From NCBI GenBank assembly GCA_009914755.4, contig CP086569.2, forward strand, positions 27,232,001 through 27,296,000: a stretch of DNA of 64,000 nt, written 5' to 3'. The DNA comes from the human T2T-CHM13v2.0 reference genome, Homo sapiens. Shown in pieces: positions 13,282 through 28,672 of this stretch; the stretch's first letter is position 1, and each line of letters begins with the position of its first letter. Under the pieces are notes generated by a model. That model saw only the letters and a program-made list of their open reading frames with translations. It did no database searches and was not told the DNA's origin. The position numbers and the translations under genes are program-made.

Positions 13282-14172
13282 TTGGGAGTGTGCATGGGGT
13301 ACCTCTGAGTTTTAAAAATGAAGAAAGTAAGTAGTCATGCTTTCCTGACTCTTTGGTAGACATTGCCTTTTAAGACAGTCATTCTGAGCTGTTATGGTCT
13401 TAGGATTTTCTATACTACTAAAACTTATTGATGACATGTAACCAAGAACTTGAATTAAATTTTTTTTTAAAAGAAAAATCACCCAAATGCACATGAAAAA
13501 ACTCTTACAATATATGTGCACATTCATAGATAACATGTAGAACTTGATTTTGTGTATTAAAACCTTGTAGAAAAGTTCAGACAGTGCACACAATAACTGC
13601 AACTTGGTCTTCATAAAATCAGTGATATATATTTCAGATCTATCCACGTTGACCCAGTGAGGTATTTGATTTATTGTGTGATCTAATGATATGCCATGTG
13701 ATGACTGCAGCATATTTAATTATGCTCTCTTCATGCTGATACCATATGGACATAAATATGATGACATACCAGCATGGATATGCTTATGTGGTTGCTTTTA
13801 TTGATTTTTACTATATTAGAAATGAAACAGAAATATTGGAAATCCTAGCAAGCATAGCTGTATCTCTCCCATGGCTGTGTTGATTGCAACTGTTTCCCCC
13901 TTAAAGCATGTATTTTTGACATGTCATGACCCTGAGAAAATCCAGTGTGTGCTTTTCAGAGAATGACAGTAAGGAGAGGAAATGGCCAATGGTCAAAGTG
14001 TTACTTGTCCTCTTGGCTCCCCCTCATGAATGTTAAACTCTAAACTACTCAGGTCACAATTTAGAACCCCTTTGTTTATCCCTATAGAGTGTTCCCAGAT
14101 GTCAAATGACTAATAGGCCCTTGAAGAAAAAACACCCTGTAAAGCCGTATTGCTCTGGTTTTTGTGTTTGAA

Positions 14173-14190
14173 TGTGTGTGTGTGTGTGTA
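14173..14190. repeat. (GT)n microsatellite
   Basis: gtgtgtgtgtgtgtgtgt. Confidence 0.85.
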
Positions 14191-15408
14191 TTTTTTTCTC
14201 TTCTGAAAACTGTAAATAGAATAATTTTCATTACAAATGAAAATATTTCTGTTCCATATTTATTTCCTGTCTCATGGCACTCTGCTTTTCTCGGATCTAG
14301 TAAGGATGTCAGCGTGTCTTATTTATACCTGCAAAAAATTACATCATTCTTCATTTTTCATGTTAATTACTGACATGTTTTCAAGTCTTCACAAGTTATT
14401 TCTGAAGATGTTGGTGCATTGAGGAGAGGCAGTGCCACTGTAGTTAATGAAGTTTTTAAATAGAATATGTTCAATAACATTTCAGAGCCTGTTTCTCTGG
14501 AAGGCATAGACATAGTGGTTTTATGCGTAGTTAAACATAAAATAGCTCCACAAAGTCTTGTGTATGTGAAAGTGTTCATATCCTGGGAGATTCTAATTTA
14601 CTACTCAGCAGTGTCTCCTGGAGAGGAAAATAGGTGAGATAGGCTGCTGAGCCTATGCTAATAACTGATAATATGAGGTGAAAGCATAGAGACAAAATGA
14701 GAGATGATAGATACTGAAACCGATGTCAGTGAAAAACAGCTGTGAAAGAGTGTCTATGGGAGAGAGAAGGCCATGGGGCTGCTTTTGTGAAGAAGGAATT
14801 TGTACACGTTAGTCAAATGTCTGATATATTTAACATTTTAATAAAGCAAAACCTTATTTTCACATGTGTCAGAATGGGATTGTACAGATGTCACAATATA
14901 GTAGTGGTGAGAATAATGAAGAAATGAATGTGGAGGGCAAAGAATGAGGTCCACCAATATGGATATTAGATTTATGAATGAAAAAGAGCGTATGTCAAAT
15001 TAGGCAAAACAAAGAAAGCAGCTAGCTAGGTAATTTGGAGGTTTCTGATGAGGAGACTTGTGGGGAGTCACGTAATGGAAAGCGGAAGTTAGAAGGATGA
15101 GGGTGACCCCCAGGGTTTAATTTCTCCTCCCTAGAAGTTTTGCACATCAATGATGTGTGCTTCGTTCCCATCAGTTAGCATATTGGGATGCAGCTTAATA
15201 TGCATCCCAATATGCATATTGCAATATGCACAGGAAAAGTGTTTTGTTTTTTTTTCTTTAGGAAAGCTGTGTTTGCTGAGGTAGTTATTTCGTAAAAGGC
15301 CTGAGAGACCCCTATGGTATATTATATCAAACTAGCTTTAGAAACAAAGTAATAAAAGAATGTATATCTTGAGTACTAAAAAAAACTACCAATATTCTTG
15401 GCAATCAT

Positions 15409-15412
<4 letters not shown>

Positions 15413-15464
<52 letters not shown>

Positions 15465-15490
15465 TACACACATACACACATATGTATATA
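15413..15490. repeat. Compound (AT)n / (CA)n-(TA) microsatellite
   Basis: atatatatatat... followed by acacacacatacacacatacacacatatgtatat. Confidence 0.9.
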
Positions 15491-16864
15491 TTTGGTTGGT
15501 TACTAATAAGAAAAGTCTTGGGATTTAGAGATTTTGTTTACCTTATTTACATGGGAATCTGATTATGCATGATTTCTTTGACATGTATGTTTTTGCAAAA
15601 GTGGAAAAAGAGATGGCAAAAGAGCTGAACTGCTGAATCTGGGAAATGTAGGAATATTAGGAGCCTTCATGAGTACAAAGAAAATGATTTTTTAAATTAT
15701 GACTCTAAATATAACTGAACTCACTTCAGATGCATTTAGAATATTTGCATAAAAGAGGATTTGATTTTGGCTGCTCCAGAAACTACTGGAAGAAGGAAAG
15801 AGTACTAGAACTCAGCTAAACCACAGTGACTCGTTACTTCTCTTCGTTACTTTTGGGAATCAGAGACATAGATTTTGTTGATATTAGTTATTCAAATGAA
15901 ATAAACATGAATGTGCATACATTGTCTTTGTTTTCCAAGGAGCTAACTTTTGGATACAATAGCAATTTAATGAAAATTATTTAGAGAATAACATGATAAT
16001 TAAAACCAGATGATTTTAGAAACAAGAATAATGTTGAATTCATTAATTGATTCATAAAATAGTTACTTTCAATGAATATTGGAGTCATTTCCAAATGTGA
16101 AAGCTTATTAATATCTAATGCTTGTAGCAGTTTTATTTTGTAGAAGTATGTCAATATTGATAAATGATGATACTTTTTATTGAGGTTTATATATTATACG
16201 TATTGCCGTGAGTGGATGAAAAAACTTTCAGAAGGCTGAACTAGAGAACACAAGAAACTTGGGCAATTATTACACCACATGGGTCTGAGAAATAATGAAT
16301 ACTCTCTACTAGGATTCACCAAACATATATCTAAGCTGATCAATTTAGGACACTTCCACTGAGGAGATGTGAAGTGTACATTCAGCTGAAGTGTCATCGT
16401 AATTGTGTGCCTTCTCAGTTATTGGGCAAGTTAAAGAGCATGATGAATGGTTGTAGTATAATGGTGTATTTCCTTCTCATCTCTTGCACTAAAGACATGT
16501 GAAAGCATGTACCACCTGCTTTGACATTGATTCCCAGGTGCATGAGTTGCTCCTCTGTTTTTAGACCACATTTGTTTTTATCCCTCCGCATATCCACATT
16601 GATACTGACACTGTTTCATTTTAGTTTTAGACATATGACAAATCATATCACATTTGAAATTGTAAGTGTATATTTCATGAAGCCTGTATTGGTGTTTTCT
16701 TCAGTGTATTTCTGTCATGTTCCAGTCTCAAGACACAAAGTATAAAACAAAAACCTAAACTAATAGGGGCAGGAGGATACAGCTTGATGGTAACAGTGCA
16801 TGAATGTATGGATAATTTTATCATATTTACATATGATTGATTATGTATCCCTTTTGCTTTTCAG

Positions 16865-16893
16865 TGTCTTCTCAGAAACAAGCAGCCTTGAAG
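16865..16893 (+). CDS. 29-nt coding exon (exon A) of repeat cassette, ANKRD30-like gene
   Basis: Acceptor ttttgcttttcag|TGTCTTC and donor CCTTGAAG|gtaatt. Reads (G)TG TCT TCT CAG AAA CAA GCA GCC TTG AAG = VSSQKQAALK. The phase-1 entry matches the phase-1 exit of the 2911-2978 exon and of exon B. Confidence 0.65.
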
Positions 16894-16936
16894 GTAATTA
16901 CACATTCATTTCTGTTTTGAACTGTTAACTATATAG

Positions 16937-17080
<144 letters not shown>

Positions 17081-18742
17081 TAATGTCATGTTCACTCAGG
17101 ATAGAAGAGAACTTCTCTTCCTTGAATAAATCGCAGGGGGCTCATTGAATCTGCACATTCTGATTCAGGAGGCCTGAGATTCTGCTTTTGTAATAACTTC
17201 TTGGGTGACGCTGATGCAACTGGTCCTTGGCCATGATCTGTGTAGTAAGATTATATTCTTCCCCACAGTGAAACTGGCAAGAACGACTGGAGAGCAGTGC
17301 AAGATATAACAGGTTAAGGGACAGCATATTCTTGCTTTAATTCTACAGCATGTTTCCATCGTAAAGGGAAGGAGAAAGAGATTAAGTGATAAAAATTATA
17401 GGCATCAGATCATATTGTTAAAACCAGATGGAAGAAGTGATTGGAATAACCCATAAACAATGTAGAAAGAGAATTGAGACCTCTGATGTGGTAATTATTT
17501 TACTCAAGGAAGAGGGATTGAGCGGCAAGAAGGAGGGAAAAGAAGATGTTATTTATGTAATTTTGGGGTTTCTGCTGCAGAAACCTGATGGGACTCACTT
17601 CAGATGCATTTGGAATATTTGCATAAAAGAAGATTAGATTTTGGCTGCTCCAGGAACTACTGGAAGCAGGATAGAGTGTTAGAATTGTGGTGACCCACAG
17701 TGACTCATTACCCCTCTTTGTTACTATTGGGCATGAGAGATATATGTTTTGTTGGTATTAGCTATTCAAATAGGATAATCATGAATATGTATACATTGGC
17801 TTTGTTTTTCAAGGAACTAACTTTTGGATAAAATAGCAATTTAATGAAAATACTTTAGAGAATAACATGATCCTTCAAACCAGACTATTTTGGAAACAAA
17901 AATAATGTTGAATTCATTAACTGACTCCTAAAGTGGTTATTTTCAATGAATATCAGAGCAATTTCCAAATGGAAAAGCTTATTCATATTTAATGCTTTTA
18001 GTAACTTTATTTTGTATAAGTTTGCCAAATTTGATGGTTTATTATACTTTTTGATGAGGTTTATATATTATACCTTCTTGCCATGAATGGATGAAGAAAC
18101 TTTCTGAAGGCTAAACTAGAGGATTCAAGAAATGTAGGCACATTATGACACCACAGAGGTGTGAGAAATAAAGAATATTTTATACTAGGATTCACCAAAC
18201 ATATATTTAAGCTGATCAGTTCGGGACACTTCCACAGAGCACTTGGGAAGTGTACATTCAACTAAAGTGCCATTGTCATTGTGAACCTGCTCAATTGTCA
18301 GGCAAGTTTAAGAGCATGCTAAATATTTGTAGTATAATGATATAAATCCCTCTGATGTCTTACATGAAAAACATGCAGGAGCATTAATCACCTGCTTCGA
18401 CATTGATTCCCAAGTGTATGAGCTGCTGCTCTGATTTTAGATCACATTTGTCCTCATCACTCGGCATATCCACATTGATGTAGACACTGTTTTATTGTAG
18501 TAATTGACATATGAAGAATAATATCACATATGAAATTGGAAATGTTTGTTTCATGAAGACTATACTTCTGTTTTCTACATTGTAATTCTGTCATGTTCCT
18601 GTCCCAATACACAAAGTAGAAAACATCAAAGCCTACGCTAATTCAGGCAGGAGGATACAGCTTGATGGTAACACTGCATGAATGTATGGATAACTTTATC
18701 ATATTTACATATGAGTGATTATGTATCCCTTTTGGTTTTCAG

Positions 18743-18771
18743 TGTCTTCTCAGAAACAACCGGCCTTGAAG
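18743..18771 (+). pseudogene. Second-unit copy of exon A (A2) with inactivated splice donor (GT>AT), likely a pseudo-exon
   Basis: tttggttttcag|TGTCTTCTCAGAAACAACCGGCCTTGAAG|atatta; ORF intact (VSSQKQPALK) but +1 G is replaced by A. Confidence 0.5.
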
Positions 18772-18864
18772 ATATTACACTCTCATTCATATTTTGAATT
18801 ATTAACTGTATAGTCTATGAAATATACTGTATGTATTGATTATTTTGTTTGAAATCCCATTCAG

Positions 18865-18937
18865 AATACAAGTGACCAGAAAGACTCTGTTTCGAACATA
18901 GCCACAGAAATAAAAAATGAACAAAAGTCCGGGACAG
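18865..18937 (+). CDS. Second-unit copy of exon B (B2), open reading frame and splice sites intact
   Basis: cccattcag|AATACAAGTGACCAGAAAGACTCTGTTTCGAACATAGCCACAGAAATAAAAAATGAACAAAAGTCCGGGACAG|gtaatt = NTSDQKDSVSNIATEIKNEQKSGT. Confidence 0.5.
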
Positions 18938-20247
18938 GTAATTTTGCAATACACATTTAATGTCATGTACACTCAAGATAGAGGAGAACTTCCCTTCCCT
19001 GAATAAATCAGCAGGGGGCTCATTGAAGCTGCACATTCTGATTCAGCGGGCCTGAGATTCTGCATTTGTAATAAGTTCTGGAGTGATGGTGCTTCTGCTG
19101 ATTTTTGGCCATCATCTGAGTAGTAAGATTATAGACTTCCCTGCATTGAAATTGGGAAGAAGAACCATTGGAGAGCAATTCAAGACATAACAGGCTGAGG
19201 GGACAGCATAATTTTGCTTTAATTCTACAGGATGTTTCCATCCAGAGGGGAAGGAGAACAAGATGAAGTACTAGAAATTATAGGCGCCAGATCACATTGC
19301 TAAAACCAGAGGGAAGAAGTGATCGTAATAAGCCATAAACACTACAGAATGAGAAGTAACGAGACCGCTGATGTAGTAATTATTTTCCTCAGGGAAGAGG
19401 GATTGTGAGGCAGGAAGAAGGGAAAAGAAGTTATTTATTTAATTTTAGGGTTTCTGCTGAGGAAACCTGAGGGAACTCACTTCAGATGCGTTTAGAATGT
19501 TTGCATGAAGGAAGATTTGATTTTGGCTGCTCCAGGGACTACTGGAAGCAGGATAGAGTGCTAGAATTGTGATAAACCACAGTCACCTGTTACCCCTCTT
19601 TGTTATTATTGGATATCAGAGATATATGTTTTGTTGTTATCAGTTAAATGAGATAAATGTAAATATGCATACACTGGCTTTGTTGTTCAGAGAGCTAACT
19701 TTTGGATAAAATATCAATTTAATGAAAATACTTTAGAGAATAACATGATCCTTCAAACCAGACTATTTTAGAAACAAAATAATGTTAAATTCTTTAATTG
19801 ACTCCTAAAGTATTTATTTTTAATGAATAGTGATTTCCCAATGCACAACCTTATTCATATCTAATGCTTGTAGCAACTTTATTTTGTGTAAGTATATCAA
19901 ATTTGATAATTTTTATTCATTTTGATTAGGTTTGTATATTATACCTTGTTCCCATGAGTGACTGACAAAACTTTCTGAAGGTTAAACCAGAAAATACAAA
20001 AGTGTAGACTCATTATTATACCACATGGGTATGAAAAATAATGAATACCATATAATAGGATTCACCAAACATAGATCCAAGGTGACCAATTCGGCACACT
20101 TCTACTGAGGAGCTTTGAAGTGTACATCATCTAAAGTGTAATTGTCATTGTGTACCTGCTCAATTGTCAGGCAAGTCAAAGAGCACGATGAATATTTGTA
20201 GTATAATGGTTTAAATCCTTCTGATGTCTTGTATGAAAGACATGCAC

Positions 20248-20640
<393 letters not shown>

Positions 20641-20703
20641 TATGTTTTTAATATTTTATAGGTTCCTATTGATTTAAAATGCATTTTACTTTTTGTTTAA
20701 TAG

Positions 20704-20734
20704 TGCTTCCTGCTGTTGAACAGTGTTTAAACAG
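20704..20734 (+). CDS. Candidate 31-nt exon downstream of the repeat array (speculative)
   Basis: tttgtttaatag|TGCTTCCTGCTGTTGAACAGTGTTTAAACAG|gtatga; only the phase-1-compatible frame is open (VLPAVEQCLN). No homology recognised. Confidence 0.2.
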
Positions 20735-23700
20735 GTATGATTTCATAGATTTTTTAAAGTGATATGTTAACTTAGTGAATAGAGAGAATAGAAACTAGTA
20801 TCCATTTAGTGTTCTACTCTGTGCTAGACACCATATTACATGCTTAATATTTATCATGTCATGTCATCTCCACACAGCTTTACAAACTATTTGTGCTATT
20901 ATTGCTTTTTCACTAATTAGGCAACTCTGCTTTAAAGAGGTTGAAATATTGGCTCATGATTCCACAGTTAACAGGTAGCCAACCCATGATTTGGCCATCA
21001 TCCTGCCTGGCTCTCTAATCACTTCATTTGCCCCTAAGCATAGATGGATACAGACCTATGCAGCAATGGGGCCACGGTACTGGTGTAACTCAGATCAATT
21101 TAGAAAGTCACATTTTGTTATATATTAACTCTCTTTAGAGTATTTCTTAGAAGCCTGGATACTCTAAAAGTTTGTCCAAATATTTTGGAAATGGCAGTGG
21201 TAACAACATTACATTTTTTTTAACCATCAAAATTTTAAAGGCAGGTATCAGTTACCTGTGGCCACAGGAACCTAAGATTTTCATAAGCAAGACCAGGCCA
21301 GTCCTAGAAAAAATATCGTCTTACTGTGCATGGAGATTATCTAAATATAGACCATGTTATGTTAACTATATTTAGCATATATTAAAAGGATATTTCTAAT
21401 TCATTTCTCTACTTACTGCCTACCCACTTAGGTTTTCTCTTTAAGTGAGTACACTGCCTAGTTCGCTGAAGATTTTTCTTATTCTCTGGATTCTTTTATT
21501 TCCTTCTATGACATTTTAATAATAGTTTCTTGATTGCTTTTTACTTCTCTTCTGCTTTTCTTATGATCTTCTATTATAGTTTTCGTGAACGGCAGCTAAA
21601 TATTTCTCATTTTCCTTTAGACAAAATCAGAGGTGCATAGAATTTGAGAATGTTAAGAAATCCTAGAGACTAAACAAAATACCCTCTAGTACTTGAATCC
21701 TTGCTTAACATCCTGATCAAGTGGTTGTTCAGGTGGAGAACCTGAAACTCAAAGAGAGAAAATTATTTGGATACAGTAAATCAGAGAAATGAGAATTGCA
21801 CTCAGGTTTCTTAGTTCAAAACCCAGTCTTCTTTTACATCATTCTGTCATTGAGTGATTTTAGTTTTAGAAAGAGGGAGTGGCTCTAGTGAACACAGTGG
21901 AAGAGGATGAGAATGGAATGAGCTGTTGAACCCAATGAAAGTGGATAAGAATGGAATTTCCAGGGGACAGCCAAATTTGAAGAGAAACAAACTCTTAGTT
22001 GGATAGAAATGAGGGTTTTAGGAAAAAATCTGAATATTTGGTTTAATGCAAGTTTGATAAAGATAAGGGAATTGAAAACACAAGATGTTGAGAGCTATCA
22101 AGAAAGACATATTAGAATACGGCATTCAAGGAGTTCTGAAGAGGTTGCTGCCTTTTTGTTTGTTTAACTGGAGGAACTGACAAACTTCAAGGTTTTATTG
22201 AAAAATGTTAAAAGAATTTGAGCCACTGGAAAGAGTCTCTGGAGCAGATAGGAATGTGGTATCGTTTTCTTCCATCCCAGCTTACAGAGAGCTTAGAATC
22301 CCTCAAGAACTAGGGAGCTGGACATTGCTTAAGTACATAGATCTGTGACCCAGGGTGGATGTCCCTTATTTTCTGACTCTTTTCTCAATGCTCTCATGTA
22401 CATGTAGGGTAGGGCAAATGTAGGATTGGCTGGCAAACCAGCAATGAAGCTTCATTTGGGTAGTTGGTAACATGTGTATGCTTGGGGTGGATGACTGAGA
22501 CTAACTTATTTTCCAGAAGCAGAGGAATAGAGAGCTCCTACTCTCCATTATGTTAGCCCATCTTTTGAGGAATCTGGGCTTTCCTAGGCTGAAGATGTAG
22601 ATTGGAGATTGCCATGGATACCTGCAGAAGAGTGATCCAGAAGTGGGAGCCCATAGGAAGGAAGATATTTAGATAGTGATGAATGAAATGGAGCTGTAAG
22701 TACTTAGGAGGGAGACTTTTCCAGCAGTCTCTCTCTTGGGTATCTGAGTGTCTATGAAGTGTCTTTATTCAGGGGATTAGGCATGTTTTTTTTAGAGAAA
22801 TTGTTTTTGTGATATTTCCTATCTGCTTTTGTCACTTTGCTTTTGTCTAAGTACATAATATTTATAATATTTATAAATTTATTATTTACACTTTAATACC
22901 AACATTTTTTATTTATTTTGTTTTATTAATAGGAGCTCTAATTCATATTTCATAGCCACCTTTGTATAGACAAAAGAACTGAAAATTAAAAAAATTTTCA
23001 AAGGTGAAGGAAAAATAAACTTTCTAGTTCATGGTAATTATTGTTTATACTACTTTGTATATTCTTGCCTGTTTTTCTCCATTTACTGTGATTGAACTTT
23101 TATCTTTTAAATCAAATAACATTGAATAACCACAGTATTGCAAGGCACTTTGGGATGGAACAGTTGAGTCTATTTTTATTTAGCTGTTAACCTCAGCAGA
23201 TTTATAATCTAGTAGAATGCAAAAATCCCCTTTTTGCGTGTCCTCAATACAAGTGGGAAGCACTTAGTAGGCACTTAATTATTTTATGTTGTGTGTGTGA
23301 ATGAAGGCTTCTGCCTTTAGAGGGCTTATCTGGTTTGGGATGAGATAAATTATGAACATTTTGAAAATTCAAAGAGAACAAGACAATAATTATGTCACAG
23401 TCCTAATTAAATGAGATTAATTATAGGAGGTGTTTGGTGGAGTACGTGATACGTATTCAGTATGCTAAAGTCCTTATTTTCTTGACTTTTTGCTGAACAT
23501 TAATCTAAGTCTCATAAAGTGTTAAAATATGTACATACAGAGGTTTTTTTGTTTTGTTTTTAAATAGAAAATAAATGCTCTTGGAATTCAGAGAAGGGAT
23601 TACTGTGGTGTGTGTAGGCTTAGACTAGGACATTGGTAGAATCTGAAAATGAAAGGGCATTTGGAGAGGTAGGAGAGAGAAGAGCATAAGCCAAGGCATG

Positions 23701-23794
23701 GAGATGGGAAAGTTCAGGTAGCATCTGAAGACTAATTGTCTACTTATTTTTTTAAAAATATAAAATTGTGAGTTTCGTTCTTTCCTTTGCCCAC

Positions 23795-24072
23795 CCTCCT
23801 CCCCTCTGTTGCCCAGGCTAGAGTGCTGTGGCGTAGTCTCAGTTCATTGCAACCTCTGCCTCCCAAGTTCAAGCGATTCTTGTGCCTCAGCTTCCTGAGT
23901 AGCTGGGGCTACACTTTTGAGCCACCACACCTGGCTAATTTTTATATTTTTAGTAGAGACGGGTTTTCACCATGTTGCCCATGGCTGGACTCAAACTCTT
24001 GAGTTCAAGCAATCTGTCCATCTAGGCTTCTCAAAGTGCTGGGATTACAGGCCTGAGCCACTGCGCCCAGCC
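23795..24072 (-). mobile_element. Alu SINE
   Basis: gttgcccaggctagagtgctgtggcg...gcttctcaaagtgctgggattacaggcctgagccactgcgcccagcc. Confidence 0.9.
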
Positions 24073-24622
24073 TAATTGTCTACTTTGATTGGAGCATAGG
24101 AAGTGTGAGTAGGAATGTGGAAGACAAAGCTAGATAGAGGGGATGGGAACAGATTGTCGATAGCCTTGTTCCATTGGGAAGAGTTTGGGCTTTATGTAGT
24201 TCCTTAAGATTTATGGATTCATAATTTATACAATAACGACTGAATGTTTTAAATATGAGAAGTGTTGCCTATTGAAGAATACTTCTTTAGAGATTATATA
24301 CCTATCAACAGATGATCATTTTGATTTAAAACATGTTAAAAACTCTTTTGGAGCTAACCATAAACAAAATCATACATTATAGAAGACTTATCATTTGCAA
24401 GTAATACTTTCTGAGAGCTCTGTAAATCCTCAGATTTTAAGATTAAGACATCTTTTTGTGGAATTCTTTATCTGAATTATATTTCCATTGAGAGTAATAC
24501 GTTATGTTTCTTACATGTGCGCATATTCTACAGGTTAATATCCTTTTCAACTTCAATGAAGGTTTTATTTCACTTGAATCCTTTTTGCTCAGGTTAGAGC
24601 GTTTGCTGAATTAGTTCAGTGA

Positions 24623-25052
<430 letters not shown>

Positions 25053-25086
25053 CTAGTTTTTTTTTTTCTTAAAGTGTTTAGAGTCA

Positions 25087-25272
<186 letters not shown>

Positions 25273-25789
25273 TTAGGCTAGACTCATGTATTTAGCCCCT
25301 AGATTGGGCCTCTAGCTTCTCCTTTGCCTTAACAAAGTATCTTCTGGGTAGCTCTCAAAACAGTGCTAACCATGAATGTTAAATCTATGAATGTCATACT
25401 GTCTCATACCATAAGTCTGCAGAATTCCTCCCTTGATTGATATCTTATTCTCTCTTTTTGTCTGCATATGTGTATATGTACATATACAGTTATCCTTCGA
25501 TGTCTGTAGGGGATTGGTTCCAGGAACTCCCCCATCCAATACAAAAAACTGAATTCTCAAGTTCCAATTTTCTTATATAAGGTGGCATAGTATTTGCATA
25601 TAAACTATGCACACCCTCCCATATACTTTAAATCATCTCTAGATTGTTTATAATACTTAATGTAAATGCTGTGAAAATAATTGTTATACTGTATTTTTAA
25701 AATTTTGTGTTTATTGTTTATTGAATGTTTTTGATAGATGGTTGATTGAATCTGCAGATGTAGAACTCATGGATATGAATGGCTAACTG

Positions 25790-25792
<3 letters not shown>

Positions 25793-25826
<34 letters not shown>
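25793..25826. repeat. (GT)n microsatellite
   Basis: gtgtgtgtgt... of about 34 bp. Confidence 0.9.
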
Positions 25827-25831
<5 letters not shown>

Positions 25832-26178
25832 AAAAAAGAAAAACAGAATTTCTAGCCCTTTGAGCAAACATAAGGAACATTTATAAAGAGTTGAAAGATA
25901 GGAAGATGTGCTGAGGGAATTTAACTGACTGATTCAAGTTCTGAGGTAGCCTTTGGGATCTCAAGAAACCTACTGATGTACATTTATTTATAAGCTGCCA
26001 TAAGGTGATAATGTGGGTGTAATTAATTTAGTGCTTTAAGTGAGAATTTGGGCAGTTGAGGGTTTTCTGTATACGAAATTCTGTGTTTGTAATCTTACAT
26101 TTAGGGATGGAGAGATTGCTTTTGAAAGAATATACCAGTATCTCCTATAGCATTTCAGAGGTAAAATGTTATCTAGAA

Positions 26179-26276
26179 GGATCACTTGAGCCCAGGAGTT
26201 CAAGGCTGTAGTGAATTATGATCATGCCACTGCACTCCTAACCTGGCAGCAAAGAGAGACCCTCATCTCTAAAAAA
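26179..26276 (+). mobile_element. Alu 3' fragment
   Basis: ggatcacttgagcccaggagttcaaggctgtagtgaattatgatcatgccactgcactcc. Confidence 0.8.
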
Positions 26277-26433
26277 CATAAAATGAAATTTATCTTTATT
26301 TTCAATATAATCCATAAGTGCACATCTTATCTTTTTTGAAATGTAACAATAGATAAAGAAATACAATGGTACAGTAATTTTATTTATTAGGAAAATTTCA
26401 GGAGACTCACTAGTTTGTTAAAATGTAAAACTA

Positions 26434-26725
26434 GGCCGGGTGCGGTGGCTCACGCCTGTAATCCCAGCACTTTGGGAGGCCAAGGCAGGGATATCACCTG
26501 AGGTCAGGAGTTTGAGACCAGCCTGGCCAACATGGTGAAACCCCCTCTCTACTAAAAATACAAAAATTAGCCAGATGCATTGGTGGGTGCTTGTAATCCC
26601 AGCTACTCTGGAGGCTGACATAGGAGAATTGCTTCAACCTGGGAGGCGGAGGTTACAGTGAGCCAAGATCGTGCCACCATATTCCAGCCTGGGCAACAGA
26701 GCGAGAGTGTCTCAAAAAAAAAAAG
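26434..26725 (+). mobile_element. Alu SINE, full length
   Basis: ggccgggtgcggtggctcacgcctgtaatcccagcactttgggaggccaaggcaggg...ctcaaaaaaaaaaa. Confidence 0.9.
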
Positions 26726-26770
26726 TAAAACTAGCTGTAGAATAAATACCAGATTAGAATACAGTTTTTA

Positions 26771-27088
26771 GGCTTGGTGCAGTGGCTTATGCATGTAGTT
26801 CCAGCACTTTGGGAGGTCAAGGTGAGAGGATTGCTTGAGGCTAGGAGTTCAAGACCAGCCTGGCAAAATAGCAAGACCCTGTCTCTACCAAAAAGGTTAA
26901 AATTAGCTGCATGTGGTTGTGTGTGCCTATAGTCCCAGCAACTTGGGAGGCTGAGGCAGGAGAATTGCTTGAGTTCAGGATTTCGAGGCTGTGGTGAGCT
27001 ATGATTGCACTCCAGCCTGGGCAACAGAGTGAGACCCTGTCTCAAATAAATAAACAAATAAATGAATAAGCAAGCAAGCAAGCAAGCA
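26771..27088 (+). mobile_element. Alu SINE (older, AluJ-like) with (AAAT/CAAG)n tail
   Basis: ggcttggtgcagtggcttatgcatgtagttccagcactttgggaggtcaaggtgagagg...caaataaataaacaaataaatgaataagcaagcaagcaagca. Confidence 0.9.
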
Positions 27089-27643
27089 GTTTTTAAGTTG
27101 AACATCAGTTCTCTACTTGACTCCAGAGTTAAATAGGCATCCAGTTGCTTTTTGTGTTTACTTTTATATTCACTGCTTTTGCCTGCAGCAGTGTTTCTGT
27201 TTCTAAGTAAATATAACATATGCTACTGGTTACTCATATGTCTTAGGCAACATATGTTTCATTCACTGTATTGTTAGTTCTGTTTTGTTTTGTCACTGCT
27301 TTAGTCCCAGTACCAATAACTGTGCCAGGCACAAAGTAGGTGTTTAGTTAATATTGTTAAATGAACAAATACAAATATTTGATTTTATCACTTGAATCCT
27401 CATTTATTAGTACTGCACTATCTTTTCTTAGCTGTTTTTGTGAACATATGTGTACTGCTCTTTTATCCTAACTAGATTGGAAGTACATTGTGGGTAGAAA
27501 CTTGGTTTCATTTGTTTTTCCTATATTCTCCTTTACAGCAGTTTAGACCTGATGGGAAGTAGGTATTTCCCAAACATGTGATTGAATTGAAATACATTGG
27601 TAGATTTCATTTTATCAGGAGACTGCCAAAAGTATAGTCATAA

Positions 27644-28067
<424 letters not shown>

Positions 28068-28374
28068 TCTGGGACTGTTCTTTTCCTTGCTCCTTAACAG
28101 ACTATTTCCTGCTTTTTGTTTTGTTTTGCTTTGTTTTTTTATTTTTGGCCTTCTAACTGTGTTGCAAATGGTTTAAGTCAGTGGTTCTCCAAGGGTGGTC
28201 TCAGATCAGCAGCATTATCACCTGGGTACTTACTAGAAATGCAAATTCTTGGGCCCCACTCCAGACCTACTGAATGAGCAACTCTGAGGGTAGAACCTAA
28301 AAAACTGTGTTTTAACAAGTCATCTGGGTGATTCTGATGGTAAAGTTTGATGTCACCAAATGATAATGACACTT

Positions 28375-28396
28375 TTGTGTGTGTGTGTGTGTGTGT
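28375..28396. repeat. (GT)n microsatellite
   Basis: tgtgtgtgtgtgtgtgtgtg. Confidence 0.85.
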
Positions 28397-28672
28397 TGGA
28401 GTCTCGCTCTGTCACCCAATCTGGAGTGCAGTGGCATGATCTTGGCTCACTGCAACTTCCACCTCCCAGGTTCAAGTAATTCTCCTCTCAGACTCCTGAG
28501 GAGCTGGGACTACAGGCACACGCCACCATGCCAGGCTAATTTTTGTATTTTTAGTAGAGATGGGGTTTCATCATACTGGTCAGGCTGGTCTCGAACTCCT
28601 GACCTCAGGTGATCCACCTGCCTGGGTCTCCCAAAGTGCTGGGATTACAGGCATGAACCACCGTGCCTAGCC
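28397..28672 (-). mobile_element. Alu SINE
   Basis: ggagtctcgctctgtcacccaatctggagtgcagtggc...tctcccaaagtgctgggattacaggcatgaaccaccgtgcctagcc. Confidence 0.9.

Noticed and set aside
15181-15236. Small palindrome attgggatgca…tgcatcccaat (10-bp arms) with repeated atatgca motifs
   Set aside because: Short arms and a long spacer. Such small inverted repeats occur frequently by chance in AT-rich DNA.
17100-17330. MER5-like / hAT-type motif (gaatctgcacattctgattcaggaggcctgagattctgcttttgtaataa…gatgcaactggtccttggccatgatctg) immediately downstream of exon B
   Set aside because: Probably an old DNA-transposon fragment incorporated into the 1.9-kb unit. Family assignment from memory is too uncertain to list as a feature.
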